DNA of 64,000 nucleotides from an uncultured bacterium (GTDB lineage: Bacteria; Patescibacteriota; JACMRA01), in contig OY969926.1 of assembly GCA_963704645.1 (NCBI GenBank), positions 224,001-288,000 on the forward strand, read 5' to 3'. Shown in pieces: positions 55,461 to 64,000 of this stretch. How positions within the stretch are numbered: the first letter of the stretch is position 1; each line of letters begins with the position of its first letter. The notes beneath the pieces were generated by a model. That model ran no database searches and was not told where the DNA came from. It saw only the letters and a program-made list of their open reading frames with translations. The position numbers were made by a program, and so were the translations under genes.

Positions 55461-55943
55461 TTAAAAACTATTTTTGCTTACCTCGTCTGATTCACAAATT
55501 TCTTTTAATTTGTTAAGGGCTTTTGGCCATTGATCTTTCATAAAATCAATAAATTCATCTCTAACTTCAACAAAAATATCAACCCTTGTTGAATCTTCAG
55601 ATAAACTGCTAAAAGTATAGCTTTCAATTGCACCTTTAGAATTTAAAGAACCCTCCGATTCAGTATCAGCAACTCCGCCGGGAAGTAACCAGCTTTGGTA
55701 TGTAATTTCAATAAGTTTTAGATGCTCATTTTTAGATATTTTTCCGGCTATACCACGGCCATCTGCCGATTTAAACAGAATATTTTGGTCTTGCTCCCAG
55801 CTTCCTTCATAATAAGACGATTTATCAAACTCGGAGGTCCATATCTTATAGGTTTCTAGATCTAACATTTTGTGCCACACAGTTTCTACACTGGCATTTA
55901 TTATTACAGAAAAATTGTGTGGGATTAGTTTTGAATTTTGCAT
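55461..55943 (-). CDS. SRPBCC family protein
   Basis: VW..M....Y..WT..F..SYYEGSW, WPKALNKLKEICE. Confidence 0.85.
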   Translation of the reverse strand: MQNSKLIPHNFSVIINASVETVWHKMLDLETYKIWTSEFDKSSYYEGSWEQDQNILFKSADGRGIAGKISKNEHLKLIEITYQSWLLPGGVADTESEGSLNSKGAIESYTFSSLSEDSTRVDIFVEVRDEFIDFMKDQWPKALNKLKEICESDEVSKNSF

Positions 55944-56270
55944 AGCTTTATGGTCTAAAATTTTTCATTAAGTTTTAAACAATTACTAAAAATTATTATC
56001 ATTTAAACTGTTTAAATTTATAGCATGTCAAACTAATTTGAATTATTATAAAAGATTGTCTCCACTAGCTATCTTTTCCAAGCAACTCTTAATTATTGAT
56101 GGTAATTGAATATAAAGCAGCAGGAGATAATTACAATTGATCGCAAAATCTCATAAATATTGTTTATAAATGAAAAAGTCTCTCAAACTAATGAGAGACG
56201 AACAATGAAGATTATTAATCAGTACTATACCAAAAATCTACAGAGTTTAGCGGAGAATTAGAGTTATTAA

Positions 56271-56732
56271 CTATTTCCCACGTACATGAGCTATAAACCG
56301 AAGTATAGTGAAACCCTTCCTCAGTGCTTCTATGTTTTCAGACACATGCCCTATTCCTACTTTCAAGCAGTATTCCCTCTTCAAAAATAAAGTTGCCTGA
56401 GCATAACCCAGTCTATTTTCTAAGAAAAATGTTCCAATATGATTATCTTCCCAGGAATAGCCAGTATACAAAAAAACAATTAAGATTTCGTTGTTATCAA
56501 CTGTACATTTTATAACTAAGGTTGAAATTTCTAATGGTTTATACAACAATGTAACTTCACTACTTACAACAATGCCAGGGAAATATGGCCAGAGCAGTCT
56601 ATTTAAATTACCCTTGAACATTTTGTTTAGAGGAATCTTACTAGCTTCATCAATTAATAAAAAAGTTACTGCAATTAAGTTAATACTTAAGGGTAATATT
56701 GAGCTTAGGTCATCAATTCCAAAATAAATCAA
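56271..56732 (-). CDS. Hypothetical protein, paralog of 57150-57713
   Basis: Shared KC...N.EI...FLYTG.S.....GTF.LE; AGGAG before TTG. Confidence 0.65.
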   Translation of the reverse strand: MIYFGIDDLSSILPLSINLIAVTFLLIDEASKIPLNKMFKGNLNRLLWPYFPGIVVSSEVTLLYKPLEISTLVIKCTVDNNEILIVFLYTGYSWEDNHIGTFFLENRLGYAQATLFLKREYCLKVGIGHVSENIEALRKGFTILRFIAHVRGK

Positions 56733-56811
56733 AACAATAACTCCTACAATTCAAATCCATTTAATACAAATACTACATTAAACTTTTAGCAAGTTTACAT
56801 TTTTAAAGCGA

Positions 56812-57051
56812 TTAGTTGTTCAAACTTTTATCATCACCCTTCGCCCCTTTAAAAGTAGCGTAAATTGCCATTGCATGACCATGACCTAGCTGGAATTCTT
56901 CTTTAAGCCAATTAGTCACCTCTGTAGCTTTTACAGTTTTTACAAGCAAATTATTAGCAATAAAGCCTTTTTTTTCGGCAAGTTTTTTAAAATCTGCTGG
57001 AGTTTTACCTGTTTTAGCAAAAATGTTATCAATATAGGCTTGGAAAGACAT
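56812..57051 (-). CDS. DUF4287-like protein
   Basis: MSFQAYIDNI..KTGK, WLKEEFQLGHGHAMAI. Confidence 0.88.
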   Translation of the reverse strand: MSFQAYIDNIFAKTGKTPADFKKLAEKKGFIANNLLVKTVKATEVTNWLKEEFQLGHGHAMAIYATFKGAKGDDKSLNN

Positions 57052-57149
57052 AATTTAGAGTTTTATTTACACCACATTTAGAAATATAAACCAAAATTAT
57101 TGTAAAGAAAAAGAGGTTCACAGATAACTGAAAACCCCCTAAAAATAAA

Positions 57150-57713
57150 TTAATATTGACAGCCGAGAAAACTAACATCTGCGCTGCCCAACTGGCTATT
57201 CAGCCAATCAATTTTCCAATTTACAAAGTCATAAATTCTGAAACAGGAAGGGTAAGCTGGCTTCTGGATAATTGAATTATCAGACTTGTGAATTAGTCTA
57301 ATGTTCACGTCCAGATCAAGCCCATTTTTTACAAGAACGCTTGCTTCTGCACCTTCAGGGTTAATTTCCAAAACAAAAGTGCCAACACATTCTTCTTTGC
57401 TACTAATACCAGTATACAGAAAAGCTACAATAATTTCATGGTTATTATTCTTACTTATACACTTAGCCACAACAGAATATATTCCCTTGCTAGAAGCAAC
57501 ATTAGCAACTCTAGCAACTTCAACCGCTCCAAATAAATTAAATAGACTTTCTTTTAAAGATATAATCTCATCGGACTTTAAAAATATTTTAACCCGTTCA
57601 TTATCTTTCTCATCATTCTCATTCTCAATAATAATACCGAAAACTTCAATGAACAATTCAACAGAAAATGGAATTATAGTTTTAATCTGATCAGACTCTA
57701 ACATTTTCCCCAC
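57150..57713 (-). CDS. Hypothetical protein, paralog of 56271-56732
   Basis: Shared motifs and similar upstream ttttagcaagttt element. Confidence 0.65.
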   Translation of the reverse strand: MGKMLESDQIKTIIPFSVELFIEVFGIIIENENDEKDNERVKIFLKSDEIISLKESLFNLFGAVEVARVANVASSKGIYSVVAKCISKNNNHEIIVAFLYTGISSKEECVGTFVLEINPEGAEASVLVKNGLDLDVNIRLIHKSDNSIIQKPAYPSCFRIYDFVNWKIDWLNSQLGSADVSFLGCQY

Positions 57714-57822
57714 TAGTAATCAACTTCAACAATATAAATTAATAAACTGTTTACAATTTTTAGCAAGTTTAAACCCACACACAATTTTATCATAAACTGA
57801 AAGAAATATATAGATACCCTTA

Positions 57823-57857
57823 ATAATATTTATGAAAGATAATATTTATGAAAGATA
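57823..57857. repeat. 16-bp tandem duplication upstream of the bestrophin-like gene
   Basis: ataatatttatgaaag twice. Confidence 0.8.
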
Positions 57858-57896
57858 TATTTTACAATAAATTCTTATTTTGTATAAATTATATAG

Positions 57897-58706
57897 ATGT
57901 CCAAACTAATTCGAAGACTTCCCTTTAACAACAGGTGGTCTATTGCCTTAAAAATAACACCGTTAATTATTGTAATAGTTGTTGCAAAATATTTTACAAG
58001 TTTTTTTGGATACGATAGATTTGAATTAAATAACCTTTTCACGGCTTTAATTTCAGCAAATATATTTTTGTTTGGATTCTTAATTTCAGGCGTACTGGCC
58101 GATTATAAAGAAAGTGAAAAATTACCTGGTGATTTAGCCGCAAGCCTAGAAAGTTTAGCCGACGAGGGATGGATAATTTATAAAAACACAAAGTCTGAAA
58201 TTGCTTTAGAATATATATCTAAAATAGATCAACTTACAAAAAGTATTTTAAAATGGTTTAACAAACAAGAAAAAACAGAAGCCTTAAGGGACAGAATTTT
58301 TGATCTAAATAATTACTTTTCTAAATTTGAACCGTTAACCCAACCCAATTTTATTTTTAGGCTGAAGCAAGAACAAAATCAATTAAGAAGAATAACCAAT
58401 AGAATTCATACAATTCGTGAAACTTCCTTTTTGGGCGCTGGTTATGCAATTGCAGAAATTATAACTACCATAATTACACTGGGGATGTTGTTTATTAACA
58501 TTGGAAATTCAACCATAGAAGGGTTAATTTTTACAGGTTTCGTAAGCTTTGTTTTGGTATATATGATTTATTTAATAAAAGATTTAGACAATCCATTTGG
58601 TTATTATGCAGAAGATAGTTTGTCGGAAAATGTTTCACTTTTACCAGTTGAACAAACAAGTTATAGGCTTGAAAACGTAATTAAGAATATCGACTCTAAG
58701 ATATAG
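57897..58706 (+). CDS. Bestrophin-like (DUF4239-type) membrane protein
   Basis: 2 TM + helical cytoplasmic domain + 2 TM, GFL after TM2, IKDLDNPFG after the last TM. Confidence 0.65.
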   Translation: MSKLIRRLPFNNRWSIALKITPLIIVIVVAKYFTSFFGYDRFELNNLFTALISANIFLFGFLISGVLADYKESEKLPGDLAASLESLADEGWIIYKNTKSEIALEYISKIDQLTKSILKWFNKQEKTEALRDRIFDLNNYFSKFEPLTQPNFIFRLKQEQNQLRRITNRIHTIRETSFLGAGYAIAEIITTIITLGMLFINIGNSTIEGLIFTGFVSFVLVYMIYLIKDLDNPFGYYAEDSLSENVSLLPVEQTSYRLENVIKNIDSKI

Positions 58707-58799
58707 ATAAAATAACAATTAGTAAGCTAAAGTATAGTTTTACTTTTGACATGAGCTTTTTTGCAAGCTAAAATAAGTTTGTTTTAAACAAAAATACAA

Positions 58800-59375
58800 A
58801 TGTCTGCAATTTTAACTTCTGGAATAATTTTATTCATAATCTCTTCAATTTACTTTATTTTAAAGCCTAAAGAAGGTTTTAACTCGGCTTTTTTAGTTAG
58901 TTTTATAACCTTAACTTCTTATTTAATTATGCTTGAAGGAAATTATGTTACTAATGATTTATATTGGACAAGATGGATAGGATACGGCATTAGCTGCTCT
59001 TTATTGGTATATGAAATCTCCAAAAAGGTTGGTCTAGATCTTTCAAAACAAATTTCAAACATTTTTCTAACTGCAATTGTAATGTTCACAGGGGCTTTGT
59101 CTTCGGTAAGTGTTAATGAATATAAATGGGCATTCTTTGCTATAAGTTCAATTGCCTTTGCTAAGCTATTATATGAAATTTACAGCACAAAGTCTAAAAA
59201 CCTTTCATCTTTAAACCCATACATTTTATTCGGATGGTGTGTTTTCCCAATTGTATTTCTATTTTCAAACGAAGGTTTAAACTTAATAACCTTGGAAACA
59301 AGCGCAATAATATATTTATTTCTAGATTTATTTACTAAGATTGTTTTCTATATACAACAGAAAATGAACAAATAA
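58800..59375 (+). CDS. Microbial rhodopsin, schizorhodopsin-like
   Basis: 7 hydrophobic segments; helix C YWTRWIGYGISCSLLVYEI; helix F GWCVFPIVF; helix G LDLFTK with retinal Lys180. Confidence 0.9.
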   Translation: MSAILTSGIILFIISSIYFILKPKEGFNSAFLVSFITLTSYLIMLEGNYVTNDLYWTRWIGYGISCSLLVYEISKKVGLDLSKQISNIFLTAIVMFTGALSSVSVNEYKWAFFAISSIAFAKLLYEIYSTKSKNLSSLNPYILFGWCVFPIVFLFSNEGLNLITLETSAIIYLFLDLFTKIVFYIQQKMNK

Positions 59376-59729
59376 TATTACTAAGAATTAGTTTTAGCAC
59401 TGAAGAAAGACTTTACCGAGTTAAGAAACCTTGTAAAAGCAAACTTTTTATGAACCATCTTCATATTTCAAATATTAGCAATTTCAGACTTTTTTGCAGA
59501 ATCTAGTACAAGTTGTTTTTGTTCATCATTCAAACCTTCAAAACCACGCTTAAACGCAGCTTTATATTCTAAAACTGTTGGATTGTTTTGATTAATTTTT
59601 AATATTTTTTCAGACATATTAAATTTATTTTAAAGGGCTAACTATACCCAAAATCTCTTCTTCGCTAATTTGAATATTTATTATTGCTTCAATCATTTCT
59701 TGTCTGGGGTTTCCAGTTGCCAGTTTGGA

Positions 59730-60083
59730 CTAAATTTCTTCCAATTCCAACCAAAAATTATCACTTTCTGCATTTAATAAAATTAACTTTAAATTTTTAT
59801 ACTCAATCTGAGTTAAATCTTGTTTATCCCCTTTAAAATAAATATCTATAAGAACAATATCCACCAAAACATTATCAATTACAATAAGCCTAAATGCACC
59901 AAAAGGAGTTGTTAAATATAACTTAAATACATTATTTTTGCCCGAAGATGAAAGCAAACCATTCTTCCCTTGTTTGTTAATATGAAATTCAATCAACTTT
60001 TTAGATACTTGTTTTGAAAGCTTTGGTCTGTTTTTTTCTAACCTATCTAAAACTTTTTTACACGACCTAGTTATTTTAGGCAT
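59730..60083 (-). CDS. RelE/HigB-like toxin
   Basis: Basic 117 aa, GAFRLI, IYFKGDKQDLT; overlaps the upstream antitoxin. Confidence 0.65.
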   Translation of the reverse strand: MPKITRSCKKVLDRLEKNRPKLSKQVSKKLIEFHINKQGKNGLLSSSGKNNVFKLYLTTPFGAFRLIVIDNVLVDIVLIDIYFKGDKQDLTQIEYKNLKLILLNAESDNFWLELEEI

Positions 60084-60570
60084 CTAGTACTTTTTCAGTG
60101 ATATCTTCATCTTCAGTAATTTCACTTTCCCTCCATTTTACTAACTCGTAATCTATTTTATCATTAGCAGAAGTTAAATACCAAGGTGGATCATCATGAG
60201 ACAATGCAACCAGTTCTTTTCCAGATAAATTGCCATATTTACCAAGAATTAATTCAATAATAACATCTTCAATTTTACTAAAATTACTAGTTTCTAAACC
60301 ATCTTTCTGAAGCAAAATAATATTATGGTTTCCAAAAACCTCCCACAACCCTTCATCTTCACCTTTTTTAATTAAATCATTTTTATAATTATTAGGAACA
60401 GGGCCATAGGGTAAATGATAGTAAACATTTTCTGTAATTGGCTTACCTGTAACAAAATAGCTTTCAAAGTCTATAAAATACATTAATTTTAAAAGTTTCC
60501 AATAATCACAAACACCAACCTTAGAAAGGATTATTTGGGCTAACTTTAAAGATTTAGAGTTATTGGTCAT
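60076..60570 (-). CDS. SocA/Panacea (DUF4065) antitoxin
   Basis: KLLKLMYFID, PYGPVP, YG.LS..EL..LSH..PW. Confidence 0.85.
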   Translation of the reverse strand: MTNNSKSLKLAQIILSKVGVCDYWKLLKLMYFIDFESYFVTGKPITENVYYHLPYGPVPNNYKNDLIKKGEDEGLWEVFGNHNIILLQKDGLETSNFSKIEDVIIELILGKYGNLSGKELVALSHDDPPWYLTSANDKIDYELVKWRESEITEDEDITEKVLDA

Positions 60571-60765
60571 AAAAGATTTTATAATGCTTTAATTGTATCT
60601 TATTTTATGCAAAATGAAAATGTAATTTAGTTTACCCCATTATCAACTTTTGTCAAAGCTTTCTCTGGTTCATAGTTTGGACTAAATAACCTATTTATAC
60701 CTATCGTCCAACAATTGAACACAAAATTTGTTGACTCCGTTTTAGATGTCAGTTTGATTTTAAAA

Positions 60766-61188
60766 ATGTTACTTTCTTCAGAGTTACGAGCAATGGCAAT
60801 TTCTAGATTGAAAGATGCGGAGATATTGGTTAAAAATAAAAGGTATGACGGAGCTTATTATTTAGCTGGCTATGTCGTAGAATATTCTTTAAAAGCAGTA
60901 ATAGCCAAACTAATTCCACTAAAGGTATTCGGTTTCCCTTCGGTAAAGGAAGATTTTAACATCTTATCTAATTTAAGAGAGCATAATTTTGAAAAGCTTC
61001 TAGAAATTATAATGCCAATTAAAACTGATCAAACTAATTTTAAAGATAAGTTTAAAAAGGAATGGGGTGTAATTTTAGAATGGTCACCAGAGATCAGATA
61101 TAGTAAAGTAAATAAAATAACCTTGCAAGAAACTGAATTAATAATTGAAACTTGCAAAACTTTATACAATGAAATTAATACTTGGTAA
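60766..61188 (+). CDS. HEPN domain protein
   Basis: RLKDA..L, AYYLAGY.VE..LKA, HNF..L, W..E.RY. Confidence 0.8.
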   Translation: MLLSSELRAMAISRLKDAEILVKNKRYDGAYYLAGYVVEYSLKAVIAKLIPLKVFGFPSVKEDFNILSNLREHNFEKLLEIIMPIKTDQTNFKDKFKKEWGVILEWSPEIRYSKVNKITLQETELIIETCKTLYNEINTW

Positions 61189-61189
61189 T

Positions 61190-61612
61190 ATGCTTCTAAA
61201 CTTTGACTCAAAAAAATTCTTTTCCAAAGTGTTGGAAATTGAAAAATATCTTTCAAAAGAAAAGGGTGAATTTAGTTTGTTTGCTTTATTACAAAGAGAA
61301 GAAAATAAGCCTGAATGGGATTTAGTTGTTAGCTCTCGTTGGGCATATATGGATCAGTCTAAAACTTTAGATTATATAATTGGTATATTAAAGAAAAATT
61401 TAGAGCTAGAAGAAAGGTCTGCGATTAGTAGAATAGTTATTGTTGAACCTAACGACCCATTTATTAAAAATATTAATTCAGCTTTAGAAGTAAAACACAA
61501 TAAATTGTTCATAAACAGATCTGGTTTCAACGGGATAATGATAGATAATGGTGTAATCTTCACCTCTCAAAATTTAATCAAACCAAAAACCAGCAAAAAA
61601 GTTAAGGTGTAA
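61190..61612 (+). CDS. Hypothetical protein coupled to HEPN (possible degenerate nucleotidyltransferase)
   Basis: ATG 1 nt after the HEPN stop; LFAL..RE..WDLVVSS.W. Confidence 0.55.
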   Translation: MLLNFDSKKFFSKVLEIEKYLSKEKGEFSLFALLQREENKPEWDLVVSSRWAYMDQSKTLDYIIGILKKNLELEERSAISRIVIVEPNDPFIKNINSALEVKHNKLFINRSGFNGIMIDNGVIFTSQNLIKPKTSKKVKV

Positions 61613-61661
61613 AAAAGTGCCCTTGGCAATGGGTTAGAGTATGCAAAACTCTGAGGGCAGT

Positions 61662-62117
61662 TTACAGAACCAAAATTGAATAGTGATTATCTTCGTCCTC
61701 CTCAAAATTAAAACTATCAACTGCAAATTCTAAAAAATTACGAGATCCCTGTTCTGTATATACCGCGCTTAAAACTTTTCCAGTAATTAATACCATATCG
61801 TTCCTTTTTATTGAAATATAATCTTTTTTAAAGTCAACAACTTTTAGAATTATTGAATTTGATTCAAATATAAGTATAGGTATTTTCCATTTATCAGCCG
61901 AAGGAAAAATATCAACAAGCTTGGCAGTCCAGGCAATTTTTAAGCCTTTAAGAGTGGTAAGATATTCAGAACTTTTAAAACTTGATTCAGCATAGGCATT
62001 ATTATATTCATCAATAATTGTAATTTGTTTCTTTGAGCTAAAACACTGAAATTCGTTAGTAGGAAATTCTAACGTAACACCATTAATATTTATTTTACTT
62101 ATCTTTAAACTATCCAT
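61662..62117 (-). CDS. Hypothetical protein, possible OB-fold
   Basis: GLKIAW.A.LVDI..NDMVLITGKV beta-rich pattern. Confidence 0.5.
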   Translation of the reverse strand: MDSLKISKININGVTLEFPTNEFQCFSSKKQITIIDEYNNAYAESSFKSSEYLTTLKGLKIAWTAKLVDIFPSADKWKIPILIFESNSIILKVVDFKKDYISIKRNDMVLITGKVLSAVYTEQGSRNFLEFAVDSFNFEEDEDNHYSILVL

Positions 62118-62414
62118 ATTTAAATAACATTCATTTTAATAAATTAATGAGGATAAACAACTTTATTTTCTTTTATTCTTTCAAGCATTTTTACCGCTAA
62201 AATTTGATCACTAAATACAAACTTTTTATCTATAAAGTCATGGATTAGTGGTGAAGTCTGTTGAGCGCTACGAATTATTTCAACCTGATGACTATTTTCT
62301 ACCTCCAAAAGAATAAAACCTTCAAATAAAACTATATTTCCATAGTTATTTTTACCTATATAATAACAAACTTTCATTTCTTGATGAAACATAACTTTAA
62401 AAAATTCTTTTAAA

Positions 62415-62889
62415 TGGTGGAGATGGGGGGAGTCGCACCCCCGTCCAGCTGGAATATAATTAGCCAATTTTTTCAGACCGAAAACATAGTTATTTTAGTA
62501 ATTTTGTATCAAAGGAAGAAAAACAACAAACCCCGATCAATAGGCAAACAAAGTACAAGTAAACAGCGAGTGCCAAGCTGAAATACAGGGTGCATTTGGT
62601 TGTGGGTAAACTAAACAAACAGGCCTAACTATGCACAGCTAATGCTTATTTGGATATACCAAAGTAAAGTTCAACCGTTACATTATTTAATCATTGATTA
62701 AGCGTATACGGCGACTTTGTCTGGTACGCCTGAACGAACTGCAGCTAAAACTGAATCAGCATAGCTTTGTACGCGGTCCGCAAAGGAGTTAATGCTATTA
62801 TTTGCATTTATGGTTTTTTAGATGTATGGTATCACACCTCTCGGCATCAACTAATTGTCATCCAGCTGTCAATCTAAAACGGCATCCCC
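62415..62889 (-). ncRNA. ssrA: tmRNA
   Basis: 5' GGGGAUG pairs with 3' CAUCUCC-ACCA including G3-U; T-arm GGGGGUGCGACUCCCC; tag frame 62805-62698 starts ANN and ends VAVYA*. Confidence 0.95.
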
Positions 62890-62986
62890 GCCTATTCTAA
62901 AAGTTATTCAACTTAGGGCAATTGTCAAAGCAGTACAAGTTTTGAGCAAAAAACAAAGCCCGTGGGAAATAGGGCTTGTTGTATAT

Positions 62987-63289
62987 TTAATCAACCTCCT
63001 CTTTAGAAACAATTACTCTGGATATAGCTGGTATATCCTTACTATAATGGTTCAGCCATAATTTAGCTGAATATGCAGATTTAAATGAACTTGTTGACAC
63101 ATGAGACCTTCTAGTGTCTCTAAACTCAATATCAATTCTATACGTCCACCCATCCAAAATATAAGAATCAATGTATTCAAAGAATGTGGCTAAGTCGTTA
63201 GGAAGATAGATTTCAGAGTTTAAAAATCTACTTGAATCAAATTCAACAGGAATTCTGCCTGCTGCGTCACCATAAAGTCCCCTCGTCAT
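62987..63289 (-). CDS. Hypothetical protein
   Basis: 100-aa ORF, GGAG upstream, aagccc..gggctt terminator at 62955-62977. Confidence 0.6.
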   Translation of the reverse strand: MTRGLYGDAAGRIPVEFDSSRFLNSEIYLPNDLATFFEYIDSYILDGWTYRIDIEFRDTRRSHVSTSSFKSAYSAKLWLNHYSKDIPAISRVIVSKEEVD

Positions 63290-63539
63290 ATTAATATTCT
63301 CCGAAATAAATAAATTTAATTGAATTCAAAGTCATCAATTAATAATTTAACGCACAGAGTTTTTACTTTGTAAAGAGTTTTTATAAAGAATTTAGTTCTA
63401 TATAGTTATAATGATTAGGCCGTGGGAAAAACTTATGTTTACAGTTAATTCAAATTCAAAATATGTGTATTAAATTTATACAAGATTGGTATTTTAATTA
63501 GTTTTATCACTTTTTAATTCTTAATTTTAAATTTCACTT

Positions 63540-64000
63540 CTACTTCTTCGGTGTCACCCAATAGCCTAAATATTTCCCTCTAATTCCTTTAATTTGTGCG
63601 TCTAGCGCGGGGAAGCTCATTAAGCCAAATACTATTGGGAAGAACGACCATTGAATTACTAGCAACAAGGTTTCATAGAAACTAATTTTTCTTTTTCTTA
63701 GTGCTCTGTAACTAATATAACGGTAAGTAATGTAACCATAAATAATTGCGAAAATATAGCCAATCCATGCAAAATATTGTGCAAAAATTGATAGGTTTTG
63801 AGAAATTGGGGTTTGCCTAAAAACCTCTCCTCCAAGAAGTTGTGGCAAAGCAATTCCCGCCGAAAACAATAATGCTGTTGTAGCCCAATAAACATGGTTT
63901 GTAAATAATAAAAACACGTGTTTTATACGACCTCTTAGAGGTATATTGTGGCCAAATGGGCTGAAAAAGAAATGATAGGCCATGTATGGAAAGTTCTCCA
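63540..64000 (-). CDS. C-terminal membrane part of a probable glycosyltransferase (runs off the window)
   Basis: NHVYWAT, PALDAQ..G.YL..WVTPK, several TM segments. Confidence 0.6.
   Translation of the reverse strand, partial: ENFPYMAYHFFFSPFGHNIPLRGRIKHVFLLFTNHVYWATTALLFSAGIALPQLLGGEVFRQTPISQNLSIFAQYFAWIGYIFAIIYGYITYRYISYRALRKRKISFYETLLLVIQWSFFPIVFGLMSFPALDAQIKGIRGKYLGYWVTPKK

Noticed and set aside
59380-59617. Short minus-strand frame broken by TGA, hinting at UGA recoding (code 25)
   Set aside because: All long conserved genes are intact in code 11 and the GT2 gene ends at TGA; more likely a small ORF or pseudogene
62144-62467. 107-aa ORF as given in the track
   Set aside because: Its start lies inside the tmRNA; at most a shorter ORF from about 62392 is real
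62860-62873. atccagctgt shared by the tmRNA and the 23S leader stem
   Set aside because: Short match explained by independent internal pairing in each RNA
62855-63061. 68-aa plus-strand ORF
   Set aside because: Antisense to the tmRNA 5' end and to the 62987 ORF

Overview
AT-rich bacterial chromosome segment (genetic code 11). The gene content, an unlinked 23S rRNA and many orphan ORFs suggest a Patescibacteria/CPR-type small genome, but that is inference. Housekeeping genes (prfB, parB, nusA, DEAD-box helicase, gndA, recQ, FKBP, tmRNA, a stand-alone 23S rRNA) alternate with stress genes, orphan monocistronic cassettes and defence-like genes. Main points: (1) a light-response set: a 191-aa schizorhodopsin-like rhodopsin with a G-S-E helix-C motif lying just downstream of a bestrophin-like gene, plus three structurally different photolyases; (2) an integrase-free 3.5-kb insert that entered an ArsC/Spx-family gene, replaced its 3' end with an A-to-G-shifted copy and carries one 1111-aa nuclease-like gene; (3) GTAG REP-like hairpins, two of them inside coding sequences; (4) a 475-nt tmRNA with a 35-codon tag; (5) a 2655-aa RCC1/IPT/Ig surface protein with a sortase-like tail; (6) Shine-Dalgarno sites in front of orphan genes but not in front of conserved genes. 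All family calls come from motif recognition by eye; no searches were run.
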